Notes: generated by a model from the letters alone, not told the origin. A stretch of DNA of 64,000 nucleotides from Candidatus Cloacimonadales bacterium (GCA_963662585.1 OY759729.1:1728001-1792000), one strand, 5' to 3'. Positions 30,002 through 40,959 are shown, counted from the stretch's first letter. Numbers and translations are program-made.

Positions 30002-30976
30002 ATGAAAAAAAAAATCATAATAATCTTTTGTGTTTTAATTTTATTAGTATCACTTTCTGCAATCTTTATTAAAACTTATATAAAAGTCCATATTTCATCT
30101 ATACCAAGATGGTCTATAGGTCTGGTAAAATATGATAGCACATTCACATTAAAAGAGGAAAATATTCAAAAGGTATTTTCAGGTAGCAATGTACCTTTGA
30201 ATAATTCGTATTTTGTAGCAGACCCATCAATTATAAAAAATAAAGATAAATATTACTTATTCTTTGAGAATGGTATTATAACTGAAGATTCTTGGAAAGG
30301 GGTTATTGATTTAGCTATTAGTAATGATTTGACCAATTGGGAATATGGGGGAACGGTTTTAAATGAAATCAATACAGTAGCTTTTCCTATTGTTTATGAA
30401 TTTAATAATGAATATTATATGACGATAGATAGTTCAGGTTTAGGTAATCTCATAATTTATAAAGCTATAGAATTCCCTAATAATTGGGAATGTGTAGATA
30501 CTTTGTTGACTGGTGAGTGGAGCGATCCTTATATTTTGTACCATGAGGATGTATATTGGTTATTTGCTTCCAAGCGATTTTCTTATGAGCCTCATTTATT
30601 TTATTCCGATAACTTTCTGGGACCATACACAGAACATCAACAAAATCCCTTGATTGATAATAGTGTTAAGTATGGAAGAAATGCAGGTAAAATATTTTAC
30701 TATAATAATAAACTATTTAGACCAGTGCAGGATTGTTCCGAAATGTATGGAGAAATGGTAAGACTGATGGAAATTACTGAATTATCAAAAGATACTTATA
30801 AGGAAAAAGAGATTAATAATTCACCAGTTCTTTTTGCTGGTCAGGCAAAATGGAACTCAAAGAAAATGCATACATTGAATCATATTGAAACAATAAGTAA
30901 TGAGCTTTTCTTTATTGTCGATGGTACTTATGTTAATTATGATAAAAAAATATCAATATTTAGGAGAAAAAGATGA
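30002..30976 (+). CDS. Membrane-anchored five-bladed beta-propeller, glycoside hydrolase-like protein
   Basis: FVADPS, LFFE, AFP, RNAG, RPVQDC, MHT. Confidence 0.7.
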   Translation: MKKKIIIIFCVLILLVSLSAIFIKTYIKVHISSIPRWSIGLVKYDSTFTLKEENIQKVFSGSNVPLNNSYFVADPSIIKNKDKYYLFFENGIITEDSWKGVIDLAISNDLTNWEYGGTVLNEINTVAFPIVYEFNNEYYMTIDSSGLGNLIIYKAIEFPNNWECVDTLLTGEWSDPYILYHEDVYWLFASKRFSYEPHLFYSDNFLGPYTEHQQNPLIDNSVKYGRNAGKIFYYNNKLFRPVQDCSEMYGEMVRLMEITELSKDTYKEKEINNSPVLFAGQAKWNSKKMHTLNHIETISNELFFIVDGTYVNYDKKISIFRRKR

Positions 30977-32049
30977 TAAAGAATTTTGGGTTTATTAAAA
31001 TGAATGTTGAAGAAAACGAAAAAAGAGACTTTACTCCCAATTTTTTTGAATCAATATATGAATCTCATATAAATTATTTATTAGAGGAAAGTTATGGGGA
31101 AAAATTAGGCTACACCCCACAAGAATATATTAAAAAAAATAACAAGGTTACCTTTCTTTCCAGAGAGGAAATACTTAAGCAAAGTGATTTAATAACAGTT
31201 ATTAGAACACCTGATAACATAGAATTGGAAAAAATGAAGAATGGTTCTGCAATATTCTCAATGTTGCATTATGTAACTCATGCTAAGAGAATAGAATTAT
31301 TACTATCAAAGAAAATAAAAATGTATGCAATGGACTCAATTGTTGATGATTTTGGAATTAGGATGATTCAAGATATTAAAGGTACTTCTATTAATGCTGT
31401 AAACGCTACAATAAAGTATATTCAACAAAAAAACAAAAAAGAAGTACTAAAAGTTGTAATTATGGGAAGTGGTGAAGTAGGGAAGCAAGCAGCTGATGCT
31501 TTTGCAAGTCTACAAAGCCTACCCGTCATTGCCAGTGTTGTTGGTCCATCCGTTACAAGAAGACTAGATCTATTACATAACATTTTGGTTGATTGTGATA
31601 TTTTGGTTGATGCTACCTATAGAAAAGATACTTCCCAACATATTATAAAAAATGAATTGATTGGAATCTTACCCAAAGATGCAGTGATTTTAGATATTAG
31701 TGCTGATGATTATGATACAAGTATTTATCCAATTCAAGTTAAAGCTATAGAAGGTATACCAACTGGGAACTTAGATAAATATATTTTCGAAGATGATGAT
31801 AATATCTACAATAACCTACCTAAGTCAGTTTCAACTAAAAATAGAAGATCCACTATTTCATGCTATTCATGGCCAGCTGTTGATCCAATCAGATGTTTAA
31901 ATATCTATGAAAAACAATTAACACCTTTTATTAAAATTTTAAATAATTATGATGAAGTTAATGCTGATTCAAATGATTTTTATATAAGAGCTTTAGCAAG
32001 AGGAAAGTATAATAATAGTGTTAAGAAAAGAGTATTTAATTTTAAATAA
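30973..32049 (+). CDS. Alanine dehydrogenase/PNT-family NAD(P) oxidoreductase
   Basis: EKR, LEESYG, SMLH, AMDSI, GSGEVG Rossmann motif, ILDISAD. Confidence 0.7.
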   Translation: MIKNFGFIKMNVEENEKRDFTPNFFESIYESHINYLLEESYGEKLGYTPQEYIKKNNKVTFLSREEILKQSDLITVIRTPDNIELEKMKNGSAIFSMLHYVTHAKRIELLLSKKIKMYAMDSIVDDFGIRMIQDIKGTSINAVNATIKYIQQKNKKEVLKVVIMGSGEVGKQAADAFASLQSLPVIASVVGPSVTRRLDLLHNILVDCDILVDATYRKDTSQHIIKNELIGILPKDAVILDISADDYDTSIYPIQVKAIEGIPTGNLDKYIFEDDDNIYNNLPKSVSTKNRRSTISCYSWPAVDPIRCLNIYEKQLTPFIKILNNYDEVNADSNDFYIRALARGKYNNSVKKRVFNFK

Positions 32050-32058
32050 GGAAAAAAG

Positions 32059-33126
32059 ATGAGACTGAGTATCGTCGGTGATATATCTTTATCTAGTTTA
32101 GATATAGAACAAATAAACATAGATAGTAGGATAATAGATAAATTTGAAAAATCTGATTTTGTTTTAGGAAATCTTGAAAATCCAATAACTGAATCTAGTG
32201 ATAAAAATAGTAAACTTGTAGTCAACTTAAAATCAGGTTGTGATTCAATAAAAATATTAAAGTATTTTGATTGTCTTCATTTAGGAAACAATCATATTTT
32301 TGATTATGGTGTTAGAGGGATGCAGGAAACAAAAGAGTTCTGTATAATGGAAAACATAGGTTTTTTTGGGGTTGGAGATAGTATAAGTAAAGCAGAAACT
32401 CCATTTATAGACGACGAAAAGAAGTTGATGATAGTCACAGCAACAAGATGGTTCAATGCCGGAAAAAACAAAGCTGGAACTAATAGGTTTAAAAATGTAG
32501 AAAGAACAATAAAACAATATAGTAAGCTGAATTATTTTATTATCTACTACCCACACTGGGGTTATGAGTATATAACTACTCCACCTCCAGATGTAAGGAA
32601 ACATGCAAAAAAGATGATTGATTATGGAGTAGATTTAATAGTAGGAACACATCCTCATATCCTACAAGGATTTGAGATATATAAAGGAAAGCACATTTTT
32701 TATAGCTTAGGTAATTTTATATTTCACAAAAAGCATATGAATCCAAAAATTAACATAAACTTAATAGATAAATCTATAATTTTAATAGTTGATATAGATA
32801 AAGGAAAAAAATATAATGTTAATATTATCTATATTAAGTATTCAAATGAACAGATTGAATACGATATAAAATTGAATGAAGATGGAAAATTATTAGAAGA
32901 ATTATCAAAGCCTTTAACAATGAATTATTCTAATTATAAACAGAATTATTATCAAAATACTATTATTATGGCTAAAGAAAGCTCAAGGATTAGAAGTAGG
33001 CTAAAATCTGAAAAAAAAGGGAAGTATAGATATTTATCTTTATTACAGAATTATAAACAGGTTACATTTCAAGATTTGTTGAATAGGCTTTATGCTGTTT
33101 TATATTCATTAAAAATGGTAAAATAA
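32059..33126 (+). CDS. CapA-family metallophosphoesterase-fold protein
   Basis: VGD, GNLE, NNHIFDYG, HWGYE, GTHPH, YSLGNF. Confidence 0.9.
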   Translation: MRLSIVGDISLSSLDIEQINIDSRIIDKFEKSDFVLGNLENPITESSDKNSKLVVNLKSGCDSIKILKYFDCLHLGNNHIFDYGVRGMQETKEFCIMENIGFFGVGDSISKAETPFIDDEKKLMIVTATRWFNAGKNKAGTNRFKNVERTIKQYSKLNYFIIYYPHWGYEYITTPPPDVRKHAKKMIDYGVDLIVGTHPHILQGFEIYKGKHIFYSLGNFIFHKKHMNPKININLIDKSIILIVDIDKGKKYNVNIIYIKYSNEQIEYDIKLNEDGKLLEELSKPLTMNYSNYKQNYYQNTIIMAKESSRIRSRLKSEKKGKYRYLSLLQNYKQVTFQDLLNRLYAVLYSLKMVK

Positions 33127-33133
33127 GTAATAA

Positions 33134-34600
33134 ATGTCAAGTAATAAAGATTTTTCAAAAAACGTACTAATAGTATCATTAGGTCCAGTTATATCTTCAA
33201 TTTTATCATTGCTTTTTGAACCAATAATCGCTAGGCTGTGGGAACCGTATGTTTTTGGCACTATTTCCTTTTTTAATTCAATTGTTTTGGTATTTTCTCC
33301 CATGATTTTTATGAGGTATAATTTTGCAATTGTACAAGCTAAAGATAATGAAGAAAAGTTTAATTTATTAGCATTATCAATACTAATAATGTTTGTTTTC
33401 ATAATTGCACTTTTTCTTGTATATCCGATTTTAACACCTTTTATAAAAAGTAATTTTCCCTTCATAAAATATCGAAACATCTTTTTTTTAACTGTAATTT
33501 TTGCTGGATTATTTGTCTTATATAGATTTTGGTCATCAAGCGAAAAGAGATTTACTCAAATTGCTCTTTCAGTGATATTGTTACAATTGTCTAACACTAC
33601 ATTATTAGTTATATTTGGGGTTTTAGGCTTAACGGATTCAAGCTCAGGGATACTAATACGATCATTATCTTATATAGTGAGTCCTATATTGATGATATTT
33701 GTTTTTTTTAGAAAAGATATAAAAAAAGGAATAAAGTATATAAGGATTAAATCAATTATCGGGGTAATGAAAAAATATAAGAAGTATCCCTTGATCGAGT
33801 TTTGGGGAATTTGGGCAAATAATATATCTTTTCACATACCAACAATCTTGATAGCAAAATATTGGGGGCAGGAAGTTAATGGTCTTTATTCAAAGGCATT
33901 TGTTATAGTCTATCTTTTGGTTTTATTCTTTGGTGATGCCGTTAATAGGGTTTTTCATAAAGAAGTTGCAGATATGGTTAATAACAAGCAAGATATCTCC
34001 CAGTTTATAGTTAATGTAATCTCTACATTATCACAAATTTCTATTTTGCCCTTTATTCTTCTTATAATAGTAGGTCCAGAGCTATTTAGTTTTTTCTTGG
34101 GGGGAATGTGGCTTCAGTCTGGTTATTATGCAGGTGCAATTTCATTTTGGATGTATACAATGCTGATATCAACCGCAATAATACCTCTTTATGGTGTTTT
34201 AAATAAGCAGGGACAACAGACTTTCTTTTCACTCTTGATGCTATTTATGAGGTCTTCGGTGTTAATATATATGGGGCTAAAAGGCACGAGTGGTTTGTTA
34301 GCAGTGAGTGTTTTCTCTTTGTTAAGTATGGTTTTGGTAACATTCCAGTTTTCTTTCATTATAAAAAAAGCTGGAGTTCCTTTAAAAGTACTAGCAAAAA
34401 TAATCATTACTCCTATAGTGAAGACCTTCCCATTAATAGTAATTGTTTTAAGTGTGAAATATTTTCTACATTTAGCAAATCTTAATATATTAATTATAAC
34501 TGCATTGTTAGCAATACCTTATGTGTATTGGTTTTATTACAAGCATGAGACCATTAATACAATGTTGAAAGATATATTTAGTAGTATTAGGTTAAAATAA
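33134..34600 (+). CDS. wzx: Wzx-type oligosaccharide flippase
   Basis: Multi-TM protein with MOP-family pattern (PIIARL, YKKYP, GPELF). Confidence 0.8.
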   Translation: MSSNKDFSKNVLIVSLGPVISSILSLLFEPIIARLWEPYVFGTISFFNSIVLVFSPMIFMRYNFAIVQAKDNEEKFNLLALSILIMFVFIIALFLVYPILTPFIKSNFPFIKYRNIFFLTVIFAGLFVLYRFWSSSEKRFTQIALSVILLQLSNTTLLVIFGVLGLTDSSSGILIRSLSYIVSPILMIFVFFRKDIKKGIKYIRIKSIIGVMKKYKKYPLIEFWGIWANNISFHIPTILIAKYWGQEVNGLYSKAFVIVYLLVLFFGDAVNRVFHKEVADMVNNKQDISQFIVNVISTLSQISILPFILLIIVGPELFSFFLGGMWLQSGYYAGAISFWMYTMLISTAIIPLYGVLNKQGQQTFFSLLMLFMRSSVLIYMGLKGTSGLLAVSVFSLLSMVLVTFQFSFIIKKAGVPLKVLAKIIITPIVKTFPLIVIVLSVKYFLHLANLNILIITALLAIPYVYWFYYKHETINTMLKDIFSSIRLK

Positions 34601-34613
34601 TAATAAAAGGGCA

Positions 34614-35900
34614 ATGTCTGTGATAAAAATAAATTTATTGAAGTATTTTTTAGAACTGAGAAAAGTAGGAAAATACAGTCAAGAAAAGATTAGGGAGATG
34701 CAATTAGGCAAATTTAGCAAATTATTCGAATATGCTAAGAAGAATTCTAAATTCTATGGAGATTTATATAAAGATAAGGGTATATATGATTTAAAGATAA
34801 AAGATTTCTCTGACATAGAAAAAATTCCAATAATTCACAAAAAAGATTTAAGGGTGGGTGGTTTAGAATCTTTTGCAACTGATTTAAATAATCGGATAGT
34901 TCACACAACAAGTGGATCTACAGGGATACCAATTCAGATTGCTTTTTCCCCCTATGAAGAATATACTGCTCATGTTAGGGTTCTTTATATAATGCTAAAA
35001 GCTGGTTATAAAATAACAGATAAAATTTACATGATAACTCGATATGAAGAAGATGATAAATTTGATATTGAAAAAAAATTGTCTTTACTCCAATTATTTC
35101 AATCAAATCTAAGACTATTTCAAAGGAAGATAATTTCTATTTATACCAAGCCGGAAATTATAGTGAATACTTTATTGCAAGAGAAACCAAAGGTCTTATG
35201 GTCAACACCTTCAATTATGCAAATAATAGTTAATGAATTAAAAAAAAGACAAATACCTCTTAGGATACCCCTTCTACTATATACCTCAGAAACTGTTTTT
35301 CCTGAACAAGAAAGAGAATTTAGAAAATATTTGGGTGATAAAATCGTCAATATTTACGGGTGTATGGAATCTCCAACTCTAGGCTATGATATAGATTTAT
35401 CTGGAAGAATGACAACTTTCCCCAATTCAAATCTATTTGAGTTTAAAAAACTTGAAAACAATAAACTTGAAAGCTATGACTCCCCTATAATAACAAACCT
35501 AATTAATTATTCTTTTCCTATAATAAGATATGAATTAGGGGATCTTATTGATAATAGGCAAGTTATTAATAATATAAAAACTAAATATATTGGAAAAGTT
35601 TATGGTCGTCAAGATGATATAATAAGAATTGATGAAAGTAGATATTTAGCTCATCATCATGCTCATGAGATGTTTATGACAATTGATGGATGTGATCAGT
35701 GGAAAATAATTCAAAAAAATAATGATATAACTCTCTATTTTTATACAAATAATTTAGAAAGTTTCTCCAAATCAAAAAAAAGAGCAGAGGAAATTTGGAA
35801 CAAAAGATATCCAGATGTTAAAATTAATATTGAAAGAATGGATTTTGTTGAGATTAATGAAAAATCAGGTAAATTCAAAAATATTGAGATAATTAAATGA
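34614..35900 (+). CDS. Second phenylacetate-CoA ligase family (CapK-like) enzyme
   Basis: TSGSTG, YGCME, FPIIRYELGD, GRQDD, SGK. Confidence 0.88.
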   Translation: MSVIKINLLKYFLELRKVGKYSQEKIREMQLGKFSKLFEYAKKNSKFYGDLYKDKGIYDLKIKDFSDIEKIPIIHKKDLRVGGLESFATDLNNRIVHTTSGSTGIPIQIAFSPYEEYTAHVRVLYIMLKAGYKITDKIYMITRYEEDDKFDIEKKLSLLQLFQSNLRLFQRKIISIYTKPEIIVNTLLQEKPKVLWSTPSIMQIIVNELKKRQIPLRIPLLLYTSETVFPEQEREFRKYLGDKIVNIYGCMESPTLGYDIDLSGRMTTFPNSNLFEFKKLENNKLESYDSPIITNLINYSFPIIRYELGDLIDNRQVINNIKTKYIGKVYGRQDDIIRIDESRYLAHHHAHEMFMTIDGCDQWKIIQKNNDITLYFYTNNLESFSKSKKRAEEIWNKRYPDVKINIERMDFVEINEKSGKFKNIEIIK

Positions 35901-36991
35901 TCATTAGTATTGTAGGAGATATTTCTCTTTGTGAAATTGATGTAAATGATTATAAAATAGATAATAAAATAATCGAATATTTATCACAATCCGATTTTAC
36001 TATTGGTAATTTAGAAAATCCTGTGACTCAGAGTACTGAAAAAAAAGAATTTTTAGCTTATAATCTAAAAACTGATGATGATTCTTTATCGTTATTAAAG
36101 TTATTTTCATATCTTAATATCTGCAACAACCATATTTTTGATTTTCAAACAAAAGGATATTTAGATACTGCTAATTTTTTAGAAAAGAATAATATAAGTT
36201 ATGCAGGGGTTATTAATAAAAAAGAATCTGAGTTAACACTCTATAAAACCGAAATTAATTCTCATGAAAAAATATGCATTATTACAGCTACTCGTTGGAA
36301 TAATTTAAAAAGTTCGGATTATGGAACAATTGCCTTTAAGCAAATAGAAAAATATCTTAAAAAGTTTAATAAAGAAGATTATTTCCTAATTTATTATCCT
36401 CATTGGGGATATGAATATATTACTATACCTCCACCTGATGTTAGAAAACATGCTCATAGGATGATTGACTTAGGTGTTGATTTAATTGTTGGTACCCATC
36501 CCCATATCTTACAAGGTTATGAAATATACAAAGATAAGCACATCTTTTACAGTTTAGGAAATTTTATATTTAACTCAAAATTCAATCAAACAGGCTATAA
36601 TCAACACTTAGTAAATAAATCTTTAGTATTGAAATTGTCAATTAAAAATAATATAGTTGAAAAATTTCATTTTCAACCCTTTGAATTTAGTGAGAAGGGA
36701 ATGTTGGTAAATTCAGATGTTATTAATGAAAAATATCTAATTGAAATATCCAAGATATTTAATGAATCTAACTTTGTATATAAAAAAGAGTATTATAAGC
36801 AAACGGTGTATTTAGCTAACCAGAGTGCAAAGATTAGGGATAAATTAATGACTCAATCTACGAATGATAGAAAGTTCAAATCTTTATTATACAACTATCT
36901 AAATGCTACACCTCAGGATATCAAAAATAGAATATTCGCATTGTTAATTAATAAATATTCGGCAATCCTGCATAGAAGCGAAGAGAAGTAA
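35897..36991 (+). CDS. Second CapA-family protein
   Basis: Same motifs as 32059..33126; long near-identical block YYPHWGYEYIT...YSLGNFIF. Confidence 0.9.
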   Translation: MIISIVGDISLCEIDVNDYKIDNKIIEYLSQSDFTIGNLENPVTQSTEKKEFLAYNLKTDDDSLSLLKLFSYLNICNNHIFDFQTKGYLDTANFLEKNNISYAGVINKKESELTLYKTEINSHEKICIITATRWNNLKSSDYGTIAFKQIEKYLKKFNKEDYFLIYYPHWGYEYITIPPPDVRKHAHRMIDLGVDLIVGTHPHILQGYEIYKDKHIFYSLGNFIFNSKFNQTGYNQHLVNKSLVLKLSIKNNIVEKFHFQPFEFSEKGMLVNSDVINEKYLIEISKIFNESNFVYKKEYYKQTVYLANQSAKIRDKLMTQSTNDRKFKSLLYNYLNATPQDIKNRIFALLINKYSAILHRSEEK

Positions 36992-37971
36992 TGAAGTATA
37001 AAAAAACAATTCAAGTAAGTATAACTCTTTCAATGTTTTATTTTATTTATCGAACATTTGGAGTTTCTTTTCAGAGTATTTTTGAAGAAGTGAAAAATAT
37101 TAGTGATCCTAAATGGTTACTGTTCACAATATTTATCCCATCAATAATAATTCCTGCGATATCAATTAATAGATGGGGTTTTTTCTTGCGATCAATAGGG
37201 ATATATGAAAAGCCTTTAACTCTGGTGAAAATTAACTTTTTATCAATCTTCTACGGTTTAGTTCTACCTTCATCAACTGGATTTGATGCTGTTAGAATGT
37301 ATTTAATTGAAAAAAGAAATCCTCAAAAGAGAGGAAAAGCAGGAAGTACAATTATTATTGAGCGCTATTTTGGCTTTGTTATATTAAGTCTAATAGGAGT
37401 ATTTGGTGTTATCTCAATATCTGATTTATTAACTAAACAGCAATTCTTTTATATGCTTACAGCTATTTTACTTATTTTAATCATATTAATATTAATGGGA
37501 CTCGTAATTAGTAATCATTTCATTTTTAACATAGCGAACAAAATCTTATCAAAATCTAAGTACTTTAAAAAAGGATTTTCTTATTTAATTTCTCTACATG
37601 ATGCTCTCAGAAAATTTCCCATTAAGAAAGTGTTACTAAGTTCAATTATTTTAATAACGATGTTTCAATTAGTTACAATACTTAACGTGTATTTTATCTT
37701 TAGGTCGTTTGATATAGATTTGCCATTAATTAACCACCTAGCAATGATTCCTATAATAAATATTATCTCAATTATCCCGCTATCAATTTCAGGTTTTGGA
37801 ATAAGAGAGGGAGCTTTTACTTATTTCTATTCTTTAGTTGGAATTGAGCCTACTCTTGCATTAATAATTTCATTAATGAATTATTTAATTCTTATGGGAA
37901 TTCCTGCTTTTATTGGCGGAATAATAGCTTTGCACGAATTAATTTTTAAGAGGAAAAATGAGATTAAATAA
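36991..37971 (+). CDS. Lysylphosphatidylglycerol synthase TM-domain (flippase-like) protein
   Basis: RW, LPSSTGFDAVR, IIER, PLSISGFGIRE. Confidence 0.85.
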   Translation: MKYKKTIQVSITLSMFYFIYRTFGVSFQSIFEEVKNISDPKWLLFTIFIPSIIIPAISINRWGFFLRSIGIYEKPLTLVKINFLSIFYGLVLPSSTGFDAVRMYLIEKRNPQKRGKAGSTIIIERYFGFVILSLIGVFGVISISDLLTKQQFFYMLTAILLILIILILMGLVISNHFIFNIANKILSKSKYFKKGFSYLISLHDALRKFPIKKVLLSSIILITMFQLVTILNVYFIFRSFDIDLPLINHLAMIPIINIISIIPLSISGFGIREGAFTYFYSLVGIEPTLALIISLMNYLILMGIPAFIGGIIALHELIFKRKNEIK

Positions 37972-38908
37972 ATACAGTCTATCAATAGTAATCCCTGTTT
38001 ACAATGATGAGCAGGTTTTACCTGAACTATTTAAAAGATTAGAAGTTGTTTGTAATTCAATATATAAAGAAGACCATGAAATTATCTTTGTAGATGATGG
38101 AAGTAAAGATAGCTCCTTTGAGATATTAGCAGGACTCTATCATCAATATAGTGAAGTTAAAGTATTAAAACAGGCAAAAAACTTTGGTCAAGCTAATGCT
38201 ATTTTGGCAGGGTTGAAATATGCAACAGGTAAATATATAGTTATTATGGATTCAGATTTACAAGATAAACCTGAAGATATTCCAACTTTAATTCAAGAAA
38301 TGGAGATTAGTGGAAAGAGTATGGCAATTGCTTTGTGGGAAAGTAGGCAAGATACAGTTTTAAAAAAACTAACATCTTGGATGTTTTATACTTTTTCACA
38401 GAATGTTACTAATATTAAATATGAAAAAGGCTTGGGGGTATTTAGGGTAATTAAGAGAGATAAAATTATTCAATTACTTGATGTACCTGAAATCACAGGA
38501 ACCATACTAAGTTTGATCTATTGGTCAGGTATCAGTTATGTAGCTGTGCCTTTACAGAGAGATAAACGGTATGCTGGAACTTCTGGATATAGTTTTAAAA
38601 AGATGCTATCATTAACTGCAGATAGAATTTTCTCCTATTCCTTGTTTCCAATGAAAATCATGACTAATAGTGGTTTAATTATTGGATTTGGAAGCTTTGG
38701 TGTTGGTTTGATAACATTAATTAGAAAATTAATCGGTGCTAGTGTTCTTCCAGGTTGGACATCCATAATCATTATCGTTTCATTTCTTTTCGGATTAAAT
38801 TTTATTTTCTTGGGATTATTAGGTGAATATATTGGAAGAATATATTTAGAAACTAAAAAAAGACCAAAATATGTGATAGAAATAGTTTTAGATAGAGACG
38901 AGAGGTAA
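37958..38908 (+). CDS. GT2 polyprenol-phosphate glycosyltransferase (GtrB/ArnC-like)
   Basis: VIPVYN, DDGSKD, NFGQ, DSDLQD, two C-terminal TMs, GEYIGRIY...RP. Confidence 0.9.
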   Translation: MRLNKYSLSIVIPVYNDEQVLPELFKRLEVVCNSIYKEDHEIIFVDDGSKDSSFEILAGLYHQYSEVKVLKQAKNFGQANAILAGLKYATGKYIVIMDSDLQDKPEDIPTLIQEMEISGKSMAIALWESRQDTVLKKLTSWMFYTFSQNVTNIKYEKGLGVFRVIKRDKIIQLLDVPEITGTILSLIYWSGISYVAVPLQRDKRYAGTSGYSFKKMLSLTADRIFSYSLFPMKIMTNSGLIIGFGSFGVGLITLIRKLIGASVLPGWTSIIIIVSFLFGLNFIFLGLLGEYIGRIYLETKKRPKYVIEIVLDRDER

Positions 38909-38910
38909 TA

Positions 38911-39567
38911 ATGAAAAAAGTGATAATTTTAGGTGGCATAGGAAACGGAACTGTAATTGCTCAAGCTATTGTAGATGCAAATAATCGAGGATATCATGAT
39001 TTTGAGATGGCTGGCTATTTAAATGACAGGGAAGAGGTCGGTAGTTTTATAGAAGATTTTCCTGTTTTAGGAAAAGTAAATGATGCTCATAAGTTTGCTA
39101 ATGATGGATATAAATTTATTAACACTATTTATAGAATTGACGGACAAAATGAACGATTAGATTTGTTTGAAAGATTAGGTTTGAAGGATAAAGATCTAGC
39201 TATATTTGTTCATCCTACAGCATTTGTTGCCCCTAATGTTGTATTATACCCAGGATCAGTCATTATGCCTTATGTAATGATATCAGCTGGTGCAAGCATT
39301 GGGAAAGGATCGTTAATAATGGTTGGTGCAAGCATAGGGCATAATACTGAATTGGGATTATATAATCATATTGCTGCTCAGGCTGTTGTTGGTGCTTATA
39401 TTAAAACCGGAATTGGTGTCCATGTAGGATTAAACGCTACAGTGAGAGAAAATTTAATTATTGCTGATTATGCAACTCTTGGTATGGGGGCTGTTCTAAC
39501 AAAAAATGTTCAAGAAAATGAGATTTGGGCTGGTAATCCTGCAAAATTTCTAAGGTATGTAAAGTAA
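38911..39567 (+). CDS. NeuD/PglD-family sugar acyltransferase
   Basis: VHPTA, hexapeptide repeats, IGH, AGNPAK. Confidence 0.88.
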   Translation: MKKVIILGGIGNGTVIAQAIVDANNRGYHDFEMAGYLNDREEVGSFIEDFPVLGKVNDAHKFANDGYKFINTIYRIDGQNERLDLFERLGLKDKDLAIFVHPTAFVAPNVVLYPGSVIMPYVMISAGASIGKGSLIMVGASIGHNTELGLYNHIAAQAVVGAYIKTGIGVHVGLNATVRENLIIADYATLGMGAVLTKNVQENEIWAGNPAKFLRYVK

Positions 39568-39571
39568 GATT

Positions 39572-40741
39572 ATGCCAAAACCTAAGATAGTTATTATTGG
39601 GGCAAGTTATCTACAATTGCCATTAGTAGAAAAGTGTAATGAGATGGGGTTGGAAACACATGTTTTTGCTTGGGAAGAGGGAGCTGTTGCAAAAAGTATT
39701 TCAACGAAATTTTATCCTATTTCTATAACCGAGAAAGATAATATTTTACAAGAATGTTTATTTATTAAACCTTCTGGGGTAATCTCAATAGCTTCGGACT
39801 TAGCAATGAATACAGTAAATTATCTATCGACAAAATTGAACTTGATCGGAAATAGTATGAATTGTACTGAAGTGACAACAAACAAGTATAAGATGCGAGG
39901 AAGATTAAGTAAGAATGAAATTTTATGTCCGAAATTTTTAAAATTAGAATGTTTAGAAGAAGATAAAATCGAGATTATTACTGAAGAATTCAAATTTCCT
40001 TGTATTGTAAAACCAACAGATAGATCTGGTAGCAGGGGAGTTAGTAAAGTAAATGATAGAATAGAATTAGAATTAGCTATTACAAGGGCTATCAGTTATT
40101 CATTAAAGAAAGAGTGTATTGTAGAAGAATATATTGGCGGTGATGAAATAAGTGTAGAAGCTATTAGTTATCAAGGTTTTCATTATTTATTGGCTATTAC
40201 TGATAAAGAAACTACAGGGAGTCCACACTTTGTTGAAACTGCACATCATCAACCATCAATCTATAATACCCGAAAAAAAGAAATAGAAAAATTGATTACT
40301 TCAGCATTAGATGCTTTAGAAGTAAGAAACGGTGCATCTCATACGGAGATTAAAATTACAGAAAGTGGAGAATTATATATTATCGAAGTAGGGGCGAGAA
40401 TGGGAGGAGATTTTATAGGATCACATCTTGTCAAGCTCTCAACAGGATATGACTTTCTCAGAGGAGTTATTGATGTTGCTTTAGGTACTTTTAGATTACC
40501 AATTCTCAAACATCAATTATATTCTGGAGTATATTTTGTCTACTCAAAAAGAAGCGGAGCAGTTGTAAATATTACTGATAAAACTGCAGATTATCCTCAA
40601 ATTATAAGTAAAGAAATTGATATAAATATAGGTAGTGAAATGAAACCACTAACTGAAAGTGCTGACAGAAGAGGATATTATATTTACCAAGCGACTGAAA
40701 AATTATGCGAATCTAACTTAATTGAGCTAGATATTAAATAA
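39572..40741 (+). CDS. ATP-grasp domain ligase
   Basis: NKYKMR, VKPTDRSGSRGV, VEEYIGG, HTE, IEVGARMGGD. Confidence 0.88.
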   Translation: MPKPKIVIIGASYLQLPLVEKCNEMGLETHVFAWEEGAVAKSISTKFYPISITEKDNILQECLFIKPSGVISIASDLAMNTVNYLSTKLNLIGNSMNCTEVTTNKYKMRGRLSKNEILCPKFLKLECLEEDKIEIITEEFKFPCIVKPTDRSGSRGVSKVNDRIELELAITRAISYSLKKECIVEEYIGGDEISVEAISYQGFHYLLAITDKETTGSPHFVETAHHQPSIYNTRKKEIEKLITSALDALEVRNGASHTEIKITESGELYIIEVGARMGGDFIGSHLVKLSTGYDFLRGVIDVALGTFRLPILKHQLYSGVYFVYSKRSGAVVNITDKTADYPQIISKEIDINIGSEMKPLTESADRRGYYIYQATEKLCESNLIELDIK

Positions 40742-40884
40742 TATTCTTTTTTTTCTTGACCAAATATTAATACTTGCAGAATATAACTACTTGAGAGAAT
40801 TAGGAAGGTTGAATTTCGTCTGAGTAAACACTAAACGAGATTGTAACTATTTTAATTCCATATAAATATCATATAGTGTGAAAA

Positions 40885-40936
40885 AGTGCTTCAGATAAAA
40901 GTATCTGTAAGTCATAGGGCGAAGCTTGCTTAAAAA
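40885..40936 (+). promoter_or_regulatory. JUMPstart/ops-like leader element, copy 2
   Basis: Near-identical to 26902-26954; preceded by a long hairpin at about 40797-40858. Confidence 0.65.
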
Positions 40937-40959
40937 TAGATGCAGGCATCATTTTTAAG

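Noticed and set aside
32059..36991. Poly-gamma-glutamate capsule synthesis
   Set aside because: CapA-fold genes are present but there is no CapB/CapC synthetase; the context is a Wzx-type glycan locus.
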